NCBI RefSeq assembly: GCF_009834535.1
Contig: NC_045729.1
Span: forward strand, 17,112,001-17,176,000
Reading direction: 5' to 3'
Length of the DNA stretch: 64,000 bases
Source of the DNA: Camelus ferus
Lineage: Eukaryota
Below the pieces are notes generated by a model, which saw nothing but the letters and a program-made list of their open reading frames with translations, searched no databases and had not been told where the DNA came from. This document shows, in pieces, positions 21,540 through 31,950 of the stretch. Numbering within the stretch: the first letter of the stretch is position 1; every line of letters begins with the position of its first letter. A program made the translations under genes and the position numbers.

Positions 21540-22170
21540 GCAGAGTGCAGGCAGGTATTCTGGGGCAGCCTCCCGCCCCAGCCCGGGGCGGTCCGGGACA
21601 GGGTGGCGCGAAGCCGGCTCCGCGGGCGGGATTGGAAACTCATCAGCCAGACGGCTCACGAGATAATCCGGCTGAAGGCTCACACCCGAACCAGGTTAGG
21701 AGGCAGCTCCCCTGGGCGGGGAGAGCAGGCCGTCTTACTGTCTCGCCCCTCAGCTTCGTTAACCCGAGCTTGCCCTGGACTCACCCCGCCCGCGGGAACG
21801 CGCTCCACCCTCCACGTGGCGAGGCCAGAGCCCGTGCTCCCGGGGCGCCGCGGCCGGGAGGCCGGGCGCGGGCTGGGGGAGGAGGCGGCGGCCGCGGGCG
21901 AGGGGCGGGCACGTCCGGACGGAGCTGAGCCGCGATGGAATTAGCCCTGCGGCTGAGTAAGCCGGTCCAGCCGCCGGCGCAGCCGCGGGGCAGTCCGCGT
22001 TTGGCGTCCTGTGCGCCCGCACCATGGCCACCCCCGGGCTGCGCGGTGAGTCTTTCCCGCCGAGGGCCTTGGTCCTGGGCATCGGGCAGGTTGCAGGAAA
22101 GAGAGGGGCTGGGAGTGAAGGGCGGGATGGGTGACCCCCGGTGAACCTGGAGGGGGCGGTGCGGGAGCTG
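21540..22170 (+). promoter_or_regulatory. ANO2: CpG island / ANO2 exon-1a promoter
   Basis: Visibly CpG-dense. GC boxes at 21624, 21714 and 21903, inverted CCAAT at 21631, TAATCC at 21664, CCACGTGG at 21812. Contains the ANO2 start codon. Confidence 0.85.
22024..22045 (+). CDS. ANO2: ANO2 exon 1a coding part: MATPGLR + G (phase 1)
   Basis: Optimal Kozak accATGG, donor G|GTGAGT. Matches the recalled human N-terminus MATPGPR(D) and joins exon 2 in frame as GAT (Asp). Confidence 0.93.
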
Positions 22171-24849
22171 ATCCCTTTCCCTCAGGGCAGGGAAGCTGAG
22201 GGGCGCCTGAACCATTTCGCGGGTACTTATTTCTTCTCAAGGAGAGAGGAGGTAGGACAAGAGGCAGAGGGTTGGTGCAGCGACTTTTTGGTGATAAATT
22301 ACCAATTCCTACCTCTATCTTCTCCTTGTTACAAGCCTGGGATGTCTAGGGTATCTGAATGGTAGGCAAACAACTGGGGTTTAACTCAGAGACCGTCCGC
22401 TGAGGTTCAGATTCATCCCCTGCAAGCTGACTCGGGCATCCCTGGAGCACCCTCACAGTTTAAGGGAGTCTCCAACCCCTATCCAAACCCACTCCCAGGA
22501 AGGGCACGTACACCTCAGGGTGCAGGGAAACACAGGTGCATCTTTCCTGGAGGCTTTTTTTTTTTAAAGAGGAAGCAAATTGAGGCAGCGTTTCGGGGAG
22601 CAGGACCTGACCCTGCTTCACCTCCCAAATGATACTGAGTAGACGGATACGTTTGGCAGGACTGACCTTGCCTGGAAAATGATTTTGTTGGATGTCTTGT
22701 TTGTGGTGGCTCTTGAGAGGCGTGGAGTGGGGAGGTGCTCACTCCATCGGCATGAACAGTGGGCAGAAGGGACTGGAAGGTAGGCATCAGCCATCGTGAG
22801 ACTTTGTGAATCGGTGTGGAGGGACACCCGAGACCATGTGGACGCTGGTCCAGGACAGCAGGTCCCAATGAACAGGGTTAGGTCTCAGCCCAAAGGCAGG
22901 TGGCAGGTGGCAGGCGGCAGGCGAGGGAGGATCGTAGACAAGGTGGGCCTCTCCCAGGGGTTGACGGGACTCTGGGCCCTGCATTTGCCTGGGCTTTGTT
23001 CTTGGGACCTGACAGCAGAGCCCTGCCCCTGCTGCGGGGCATCCAGGGCACAGTTGCCTTCTCACTGTGTCTGCCATGCATTGCCATTTTGGGAACCAGG
23101 GACCTGAGAAAGTCCTTTCCAGCCACCTCCATCGCTCTCTGAGTTGCCCCTATGTGGCCACTTGGGCCTCTTTGCTGGCTGATGGAAGAAGGTGGGTTGG
23201 GGGTGGGGATGGGTTCCAAACACCAACCTCAGGTTCTGGTCTGGTTTCTCTGTGCACCTTCTCTGCCATCTCCCACCGCTGGGCACGGCAACAGGGCCAG
23301 AGGCATTTGGGGAGCTTGTCTTTCATTTTCTCTAACAAGGACCCGATTTTCTGGAAATTCATCCATCCTGTGGACCCTTCTACTGGCTGAGAGAAGCTTG
23401 TCTAGGCCTGGCATTCCTAGAGCACATGAACTTGACCTCTAGAGACGAGAATCTTGCCTGTAGTTACAAAGTAGAATCAGTCTTTATTTGTGATCCGATG
23501 GCTGGGGTGGGAGGAGTTTGAGTGGAGATTGCATTAACTGAAGGAACCAGCCATGTGGACATCTGGAGAATGATCTAGCAAAGGCCACAGAAGTGAAAGA
23601 TCCTGTGGCAGCAAGGTGCTTGGGCTGTCCCAAAACGGGGGAACCCGGACGCCTGGAGGGAGAGGGTGAGAGTGAGCGGGTCACGCAGAGTCTCGGAGCT
23701 TGGGCTGTGTGTTTTTGACTTTGCAAAAGAAAGGGAAGACTAACATTCATCCAGCAGTTGCTGTGCACCAGACACCGTGCTTCGCTTCACAATAAATTTG
23801 GGGGTCAGTAGTAAGACCATTTCATTGAAGAGGAAGTTGAGGTTCACCTCACCTTGTTGCTTTTGTCGTGCTCTTGAGGAGCCATTAGAAGGAAGTGTAA
23901 CTGCCAGCAAGGAGAGGATGGAGGGTGGGAAATGTGGGTGGAACTGGGGCCTTAAGAGAGATACTAATTTTGCAAGGCTGTGGTCATAGTCCAAGCAAGG
24001 GTTACCTTGACACGATTTCCAATCTGGAATCATCATGGTTAGTTCATCTGGTGGGACCAAGCCCAAGAAGGCTGGTTGTCATCACGAAACTCCTAAGGCA
24101 GCGTGCCACTGTGATCTGCAGGGGACATGCCTTCATGAGCACAGGTTACCTGAGCTCCACATCTGTGGTTCACAGGCACATGGGAGGCCGACCCAGGGAC
24201 CACTGGGGGCAGAGGACTTGCCCAGTGTCCTGATGGGCTCTAGCAAACCTGGCTCCCAATCGTCTCTGTTGATCTGCATACGATGCGCTTGTACGTTCAG
24301 CTCTCATCAGTTCAGAGGACACCGGCTGAGCCAGATACCATGCCAGTGCCAGAGCTAGAACCATCAACAAGGGCGCGTACTGTCAAGACCTAACGTTCTG
24401 GACTCCTGGTCCCCTAAGATGATCTTAATAGGAAAGCAGCCACATCCACTGTTGCTGGACACGGGCAGGGGGAGCCAGGGTCAGGCATGGGCTCGTTCAG
24501 ACGACACCAGTGAAGTTAGCCCTGTTTATACTTCAGTATTTCAAGAGGTACTAGAGGTCTTTCTTTGGCTGCTACTGACAACCCTGCCTTTCCTCCAGAA
24601 ACGCTAAGGAAATAATTTATAAGTCTGTCTGGCCAACAGCTCCATGTAAGATAACTTGTGCTGAAACTACTGAAGGCTTGCAGGTCTCACAATTAGCTGA
24701 CGTCAGACCCTCCCTCTGTGTAGCGAATGCAAGTATAAAGCGTATCACCTTTGCATCTTCTGACTGGTTCACTGACGAAGGGAAAATTCCCACTTTCTAG
24801 CAGTTGCTGATGCCTGTAATCATCGTAAACTAATTAAAAATAGCTTGAA

Positions 24850-24997
24850 GAGGGGAGGGTATAGCTCAGTGGTAGAGTGCATGCCTAGCGTGCGCGAGGT
24901 CCTGGGTTCAATCCCCAGTACCTCCATTAAAAGTAAATAAATAATAAACCTAATTACCCCCGCCCCCCCAAAATAAAAAAACTTTTTAAAAATTATA
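24850..24997 (+). mobile_element. Camelid tRNA-derived SINE (Vic-1-like), full length
   Basis: A box TAGCTCAGTGG, B box GGTTCAATCC, A-rich tail. 14-bp TSD AAAAATAGCTTGAA at 24836-24849 and 24998-25011. Confidence 0.9.
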
Positions 24998-25011
24998 AAA
25001 AATAGCTTGAA

Positions 25012-25670
25012 AAATTAAAAAGTAATAATACATCCCCATTGTGGAAAAAAATCAAACACAAATAAATAAAATACATATTTTTAATATTTTGGTAATTACT
25101 CTTCGCCCTAAATCCTTTTTAATCTTTTTATTTTTGGCTATGTCAGATAACCATTTCTATTTATTATTTATTACTCTTGAGACAAATTACAAAAAAGGAA
25201 AACCTAGTTATAATACAACTTAAACCAAGGATACATTAACAAATGCCAAATAATGAGAGATTGGGAACATGCTGTTATAGCCCCAAACCTAGATAAGAAT
25301 AGGAAGTGTAATTGAGCAACAACTGATCTGTGAGCTCCCTGACAGGCAGATCAGAAAAGAGATGAGTTCCGTCAGTCTCACCGCTTAATAAAAGGAGACT
25401 AGCTCATCAACATTAAACTTTCAGAAGACTGTCACAGTGATATTTGTGATTTTTATAGAAGACATTGCCCAGCATAATGAGCTGTAGTTTTCTTAATAGG
25501 TTTTTAGAAAAGTGTTATTCATCACATGAGCATTTATTGTATAGTTTCTGATTTTTTTTAAAAGAGGTGTTTCTGTTTTATTCTTTTCTGATCCATTCTA
25601 TTCTATTAAAAAAATGCTGTTTGCAAACCATTAGATAACCACCTATTGGGTTAAACCTCTAACTTGAAAA
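25012..25670. mobile_element. AT-rich probable ancient hAT/Charlie-type DNA transposon remnant
   Basis: Composition and the right end (caaacca...ttgaaaa) loosely resemble Charlie-family ends. Family uncertain. Confidence 0.3.
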
Positions 25671-25799
25671 GTAGTGGCTTATCATGTAGAAACCTTACCA
25701 GCGAATGGTCCTTTTAGACCTGTGACTCTCCATCCCTTTTTCCTCTCCTGCGTGAGAAAGGCATACAAGACCCATCCATCAGGAGCAATTCTTACCCAG

Positions 25800-26300
25800 G
25801 TTTCCATCTGCTATCTTTTCCTTTCATCCCGAAGAACATCCTTTAACAGTTCTTCGAGTGAATTTCTGCTGGTGACGAATTCTCTCAGCCTGTGTTTTTA
25901 TGGAAAATGTCTTTATTTTCTCCCATTTTTGTGGGTTGTATATTCACTTTATTTGTGATGCTTTTTGAATATTTTAAAATTCTGATGAAGGCCAGTTTGT
26001 CTGTTTTTTTCCTTGATTCCTTGTGCTTTGGGCATAATAGCTAAGAAACCATAGCCTAGCCCACGGTTATGTAGAGTTACTTCCATTTTGTTTTCAGACA
26101 GTTTTACATTTTTAGCTATTTTATTTAAGCCTATGATTCATTTTGCAAAAGTTAATTTTGTATATAGTGTGAGGGAAGGGTCTGACTTCATTCTTTTGCG
26201 TGTGAATATCTAGTTTCCCCAGCACTATTTCCACGTTTCTTTCCTCACTTCTTGGCACCCTTGTTGAAGTTCAAGGGTTTATTGATTGATTTATTGTCTA
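25800..26300 (-). mobile_element. Old L1M ORF fragments, antisense
   Basis: ctaagaaaccatagcctagccca...ttaattttgtatatagtgtgagg...aatatctagtttccccagcac is typical antisense L1 ORF2. Confidence 0.7.
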
Positions 26301-26369
26301 TCCTTACGAGACGTGCTCATACATATACTCGTAAATATTTACTATTCTCCACGTTGATAATGAAGGCGC

Positions 26370-26810
26370 TGGATTAGTTAGGGTGTTGCTCAGCTGGCTG
26401 CTCTAATGAGTAGACCGAGAAATAAGGTGCGGAACACAATACTTCACTTCTTGCTAAAGTGATGGGCTCAGGTGGGTAGACAGGTTGGTGGGGTGGCTCT
26501 TTTCCATAAAGCTTTTCGGGGCCCCAGGCTAGCGGAGGCTCAGCCAGCTTCAACGAGGACTCCCGAGGTGGCCCCGAGAGTTGCCGCTGCAGTTATCTGA
26601 AAGGGGGAAGGAGCACGGAGGAGCGCGTAGGAGCACGCAGGGACGGTTTCTAGGGGCCAGGCCTATAAATAGCACATATCACTCTGTTCACATTCCTCTG
26701 GCTGGAATTCAGTCTCGTGGCCACGTCTAACTGCAAGAGAGGCTAGGAAGTATGTGGTCTAGCTGTGTGTTCGGGGAGAAGAGGAGACCATGGATTTTGG
26801 TAAGCAGCTG
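26370..26810 (-). mobile_element. MaLR LTR (older MLT1 subfamily)
   Basis: gattagttaggg start and gtggccacgtctaactgcaagagaggctaggaagt end resemble antisense MLT1. Confidence 0.55.
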
Positions 26811-26894
26811 CGTCTCTGTCGTAGGGGCCTATGGAAAATGGTAAGTTTGGTGTGGCACACTCATTACACGGTGCTAAAGGTACAGATGTGCACG

Positions 26895-27004
26895 TTCGTC
26901 TCCCCGAGTAGGCTGTGAAATCTTTACGTTTCAGTACCCAGGACAGGACAGGCTATGTGCTCAGTGCTTATTAAGTGGCTTTTGAATGAATGAATGAATG
27001 AATG
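26895..27004 (+). mobile_element. L2 3' end with (GAAT)n tail
   Basis: cagtgcttattaagtggcttttgaatgaatgaatgaatgaatg. Confidence 0.6.
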
Positions 27005-27689
27005 GTGTGAGCTTCTGGGACAGTAGCTGGCCAACAGATTCAGTTGCTTCTTTTTAAAAAATATTAAAAAATTTTTTTACAAAGTGCTATCTGGCTAATG
27101 TGAGTTAGAAAGCAGGTGAGGTCATTGTGAGTCTTCTTTTAACTGTGAAAAACATACGTCATTTGTCCTTGAAACCCAACCAATTGGATTCTTTGAGACC
27201 TGAAGTTTGAATTTGATTTATCTTTGGGGAACTCAGTCCTTTGCAGAATTTAAGTACATACGTCTATGAAATTAATACTGTTGGGTTAAAGGAAAGAGAA
27301 AAAGAGAAATTATAAAAATAATATATGAACCAGAGATATGGTTGCATATTTTTCAAAAATCTTTCAATGGAAATTTTATTATGAAGGATTTAACCAAAAT
27401 ATTTAGCTGTGGGACTTGGCTATGATCCTTCGAAGTTGGGTGAAATGATGAAACTCTACCTGAGGGCCACCTTTTAAGAAAGCTGATTTTTAAATGCGTG
27501 CTGTATTAAGATGGTATTCTGCACTTCTCTCTAGCCTCCTCCTGGAACGGCAGCTGTGATTGGAGGAGCTGTCTCAGGCTTTAACCTCAGAGCTGGCTCA
27601 TTTTGGGCAACAGAAATCTGTTCCACCTTCTTTGGAGAGAAGGGAATAAGAGCGAAATCATCAATCTTGGTTATACCTAGGAGGAAGAG

Positions 27690-28479
27690 AAAGTGTGTGG
27701 GTTTTTTTTTTTTACCAATACTGATGAATTCTGCAACACCAGCTGGGTGTCTCGGTTCTGACCTTGTCTCCCTGGAGGTAGCGTCAGATCCCGCAGGTCA
27801 AAGTCTCAGCCCTACAGGACCCCCTCCCCGCCCCCGCCATACCCCTTTCAGATGCCAGCCGCAAGTCCAGGTGGCCACCTGTGCTTCAGACCCACTGGCT
27901 ATAAATTGGAGGTTCCCATGCCCGCCTCCTTGGGTTCAATTAACTTCTTAGAGTGGCTCACAGAACTCAGAGAACTCAGAGAGACATTTTACTTACTAGA
28001 TCACTGGTTGGTTATAAAAGGATACAACTCAGGAACAACCAGATGGAAGAGAAGCATGGGACAAGGTGCCTGGGAAGGGGCCGGGAGTTCCGTGCCCCCA
28101 GGTGTGCTGTTCTCCCACATCTTCACCTGTTTGTCAACCTGGAAGCTCAGTGAGGCCCATCCTTTTGGGGGCCTCGTTATGATGGCCGTTGGTGATGACT
28201 AAGCACAATCTCCAGCCTTTCTCTCCTCCCAGGAGGTCAGAGGGTGGAAGGGGAGGTGGGACTGAAAGTTCCACCCTCTAATCACAAGGTTGGCGTCACT
28301 GGCAACCAGCCCCCACTCTTAGGTTCCCTAGGGGCTTTCCAAAAGTCAGTTCATTGACATAACAAAAGACACCTTGCCAGCTCTCCACATTTAGGAAATT
28401 CTAAGGGTTTTAGGGGCCCCTTGCCAGGATCAGAATGAAGATCAAAAGTAAATTTCTTATAATAAATCACAGTATCACA
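27690..28479 (-). mobile_element. MER21-family ERVL solo LTR in ANO2 intron 1
   Basis: The end ttcttataataaatcacagtatcaca is close to the reverse complement of the recalled MER21 start TGTGATATTGTGATTTATAATAAGAAA. Internal blocks also match. About 790 bp. Confidence 0.8.
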
Positions 28480-30304
28480 CATGCAGAGCCCAGGAGGGTG
28501 GCTAAGCCACAAACACCTAGGATCTCTTGTTCAAGACAGCTTGTGCTAAAAGCCAAGGGAAAGGTGTGAAAGGAAAATCCAAATGGAGTCGGTATTGCTA
28601 AGAGAGAGCAGGGCCCAGGCAGTGGTCATCTAAGTGTCAGAGGGCAAGTGGAGGGGCCAGGATGGCCAGTGGGGGGCCCTGGAGGCCAGCCCCAAACCCC
28701 AGGTGGCACCGTTAGAGGATGTTGGCTCCTGGAGAGTGGTTTGACTAAAGCTTTGGGCCGACTCTGAATCTGAGCTACCCCGAGCGAGTCATACGTGTGA
28801 ATGTGAACTGCTGTCAAGGAAGGTGGACGTTGAGTGACATCACCTGTATCACCTGCCCAGGGGTGCACTGGGATGGCCTCCGGCTGTTTGGACATGCATG
28901 CAGAGGTTTCCAGGCTTCCCCTGGGATGCGGAGCCCTGTTCTCCCTTCAGCCCTGGGCAGAAAGGCACGAGGGGAGAGGGATGAGCACGAGGGATGAGCA
29001 GAGGCTGGGGACCCAGGAAGGAGGCCTCTCCCTTGATATCCTAAGCTGGAGCCCCCACCCCCATCACACCACCGGCATGCATGCCCACTCCTGCTCCTCT
29101 GTGTTCTGTCCCCTGCCTGCAAGTTACTTCAAGACCTGGCTTCAGGCTTAATTCCTCCTGAAGCTCCTTTGACTCTCCAGCCTTTCCAGTCTCTCTCAAT
29201 ATAGACCAGAACACACAGTCTTGAAACAAACCATGAAATCTTTACTTGCTGGTCATAACTGTGTTTCCCGCACGTCAGCTTTATCTTCACAAAGAGATGA
29301 TGCTTTTCTCCAGCGCAGGGACCAAATGTTCCAGGTCTCCCGGAAGTGTCCGCGGAGAGCTGGGCGCACAGGCAGCGGCTCCCCAACCTGGTAACTGACC
29401 AGAAGCTCTGTTTCAAGAGACCGGGAAGGGCGGCCTTTTGTTCATGCATTCATTCAGCTGGTGCTAAGGGCTGGCTGGCTGCTTAAGGTGTGATTTCTGC
29501 TCACACCTAGGTTAAAGTGAAGACACGAAGGATGATTATGACAAGCACGTTCCACTGCATACCTGTAGGCTCATCTCTCCTTCTCAGTCTCACGCCAACC
29601 CTGCAAGTCTGGGATTCTCATCTGACAGTTGGAGAAACAGGCGCAGAGGTCTCAGCGCCAGCAGGTGGCCGGGCTGAGGAGTGAGCCCAGGCGCATTGCA
29701 GGGCGGCTCTGGGGGCCCCAGCGGGGCTGGGGAGCTCTGAGGCTTTGGTGGGGGCAGCAGCTGTTTGGGGAATGTTCAAGGGCCTGGGAGGTGGCCCTTT
29801 CGTCAGAGGCCGCCCCTGCCCTGAGCCTCAGGGCTGTCCTTGCTCTCTCCTTGGGAGCGTGGGGGCTGCCAGGGTGCCCACTGATCTAGAGGCTAAGTGC
29901 CTGGCATTAATTCCAGGTGTCTCTCCAGGCACTGCCCCACCCACCCTGCCCTGTGGGCACCACCCCTCTCCTCCTGTCTGCGAATTAGAGGACATTATGA
30001 CAGCCATCATCAGAAGGAGCTCCTGCTGGTGGCTGCAGGCTGCGCGTGCGTGTGTGTATGTGTGTGTGTAATGGGGCGAGACCCCCCTGCCCACCTTCCA
30101 CACTCCACCCTCCCCTGTGGCCAGTGTGAACCTGGCTAACTAATCCTGTGAGGGCTGACTGGGGAGGCAGCTGTGGGGAGATGTGCCCATGTTCTTGGGG
30201 CCACTGTGGTGTCCCCTCTCAGTTGCCTCCATTTCTTTGTGTCCTGTGTCCTGGGTTTCCCATCACCTGAAGCTGCCCTCCCTGCTTTGTCCTTCCTCTC
30301 ACAG

Positions 30305-30489
30305 ATATCCCCCTGCTCCCTGGCTCCCCACGCCGGCTGAGCCCGCGGGCAGTGGTCAGAGGAGACCGGGGCCCCAAACATGAACAGCAGTACCTCAAGG
30401 TGCCGGGTCCCCGAGCCCAGGGTCTGCGGGGCACTTCCACCCGAGAGTCTGGCCAGCCGTCCGGTGGAGGGAGCTCCCACAGGTGCTCT
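30305..30489 (+). CDS. ANO2: ANO2 exon 2 (185 nt): (D)[61 protein letters not shown]
   Basis: Acceptor ttcctctcacAG at 30303-30304, donor TCT|GTGAGT, phase 1 in and phase 0 out. Matches recalled human [14 protein letters not shown]...GPKHGQQCLK. Confidence 0.95.
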
Positions 30490-31126
30490 GTGAGTATTGG
30501 GGTAGATGGCTGGGTGACTCTGATGGGGGGGCCCACTTGACTGGGGGACCCTCCACTTCGGGGGCAGGTATGTGTCAGACAGAGAGAGAGAGAGGATTGG
30601 TTTTGGTTAGGGCCTTTTCCTCTCCTCTTTCTCCAAGCCATGGTGGCACAGTGCCCCAGCAGGGCTGGGGTCTTCTGCTCCAAGGAGGACAGGGAAAGCG
30701 GAGGTGTGAGACGCCAGGTGGCCCCACCTATTGGTCTGCAGGCTTCGTGGCTCACCTCCCATAGGTCTGAGGAACCAGACCTCTGCTGTGACTGGCTCAG
30801 GCTCTCCCCTGTGCCCAATGCTTCATCTGGTTGCCCAGGTGACCTCTCAGGTGGCTGCCGAGGCAGCTGGGTATCAAATCAGTAATAAACAGAGAAACAC
30901 CCAGAGGGGAGGCAGGTCCCTCCCCGACTCCGCCTCGTTCTTTCTCCTCTTCTCTCAGCTCCCATCTCTGGGAGTGGACGTGAGTGACTGCTGTGGTCTT
31001 GGGTAGGGTCCTCACCAGTGGCTGGAGAGGAGGAGGAGGAGGATGTGGGGCTGTGAGGGGCAGAGGGCACAGTGAATCTCCGTGGGGTGGGGTGGGCTAG
31101 GCGACTAGAAATTGGCTTTTGTTCCA

Positions 31127-31147
31127 ATGGATCCAGAGAGCCTGCCG
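31127..31147 (+). CDS. ANO2: Candidate ANO2 alternative first exon (1b) coding part: MDPESLP, phase 0
   Basis: ATG with +4 G, upstream in-frame TAG at 31106-31108, consensus donor CCG|GTGAGT. In frame with the exon 3 acceptor 464 nt downstream. Mouse Ano2 is reported to have a starting exon 1b. Confidence 0.65.
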
Positions 31148-31149
31148 GT

Positions 31150-31950
31150 GAGTACTATGTGTTTGCAGGCGGCGGGTGCAGATCTGCAGGAAGGTGGGGT
31201 GCCTGTCGTGCGGGCGGAGGGCCGTGTGTGGAAGCGCACCCGGGTGATGCGTACGTGCCCAGATGTGTGCGGAAGCGCGGGGCTGTGCGCATGTGCGGGC
31301 GGGGGCTCTGTGCGTGGAGGCCGGCGGTGGGATGTGCAGGGTTCGTGCAGCGTGTGCATCTGGGTACGTGAGTGTGCGCGTGCGCGTGCGCGGGGGCCCG
31401 CGGGCCGGGGCCGCGAAGCGCTGGCTGGAGGCTCTGAGCGCCGGCCCTGGCCGTGGCCGATGAACTCGGGCCCCTGCGTCCTTTCCCTGGGGCAGCGAGG
31501 GCCCTGGTTCCCAGTCTGCACCCCTGGGCCCAGAGCACAAGGTCGGCCACCCGGGTCGCTCGCCCCTCCCTCACTGGGCCTCACCGCCCGTGTCCCGGCC
31601 TCTCTGACCAGGTCATCAACAACTACCTGGACGCCAGTGAGCAGGTGTCCTCGGAGGCCCGTCTCAGCCGCATGCACTTCCATGACAACCAGAGGAAGGT
31701 GGACTATGTGCTCGCCTACCACTACCGGAAACGCGGGGCGCACCCCGGCCACGGCTCCCCTGGCCACGCGCTGGCCGTCATCTCCAATGGCGAGACGGGC
31801 AAGGACCCCCGCGCAGGGGCTCCCGGTGACATTGACCTGGGGCCGCTGGACACCCTGGAGGAAGAGAGGAAGGAGCAGCGGGAGGAGTTTGAGCACAACC
31901 TGATGGAGGCCGGGCTGGAGCTGGAGAAGGACTTGGAGGTGAGTCCAAGA
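31150..31950. promoter_or_regulatory. ANO2: Intragenic CpG island spanning the exon 1b intron and ANO2 exon 3
   Basis: Visibly CpG-dense. Two overlapping NRF1-consensus 12-mers at 31375-31392. Confidence 0.7.
31612..31938 (+). CDS. ANO2: ANO2 exon 3 (327 nt): [42 protein letters not shown]...[19 protein letters not shown]
   Basis: Acceptor tctctgaccAG at 31610-31611, donor GAG|GTGAGT, phase 0-0. Anoctamin N-terminal signature RKVDYVLAY. Confidence 0.98.

Noticed and set aside
22895-22922. GGCAGG(T/C) x4 short tandem repeat resembling a minisatellite core
   Set aside because: Only 28 bp, with no further support for a function.
24850-24926. tRNA-like sequence with A and B boxes (also at 36774, 48476 and 59153)
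   Set aside because: These are SINE heads with A-rich tails and TSDs, not tRNA genes.
30600-31126. Olf1/EBF (TCCCNNGGGA) site expected for an olfactory promoter upstream of exon 1b
   Set aside because: I found no correctly spaced match by eye, so I do not claim olfactory-specific motifs.
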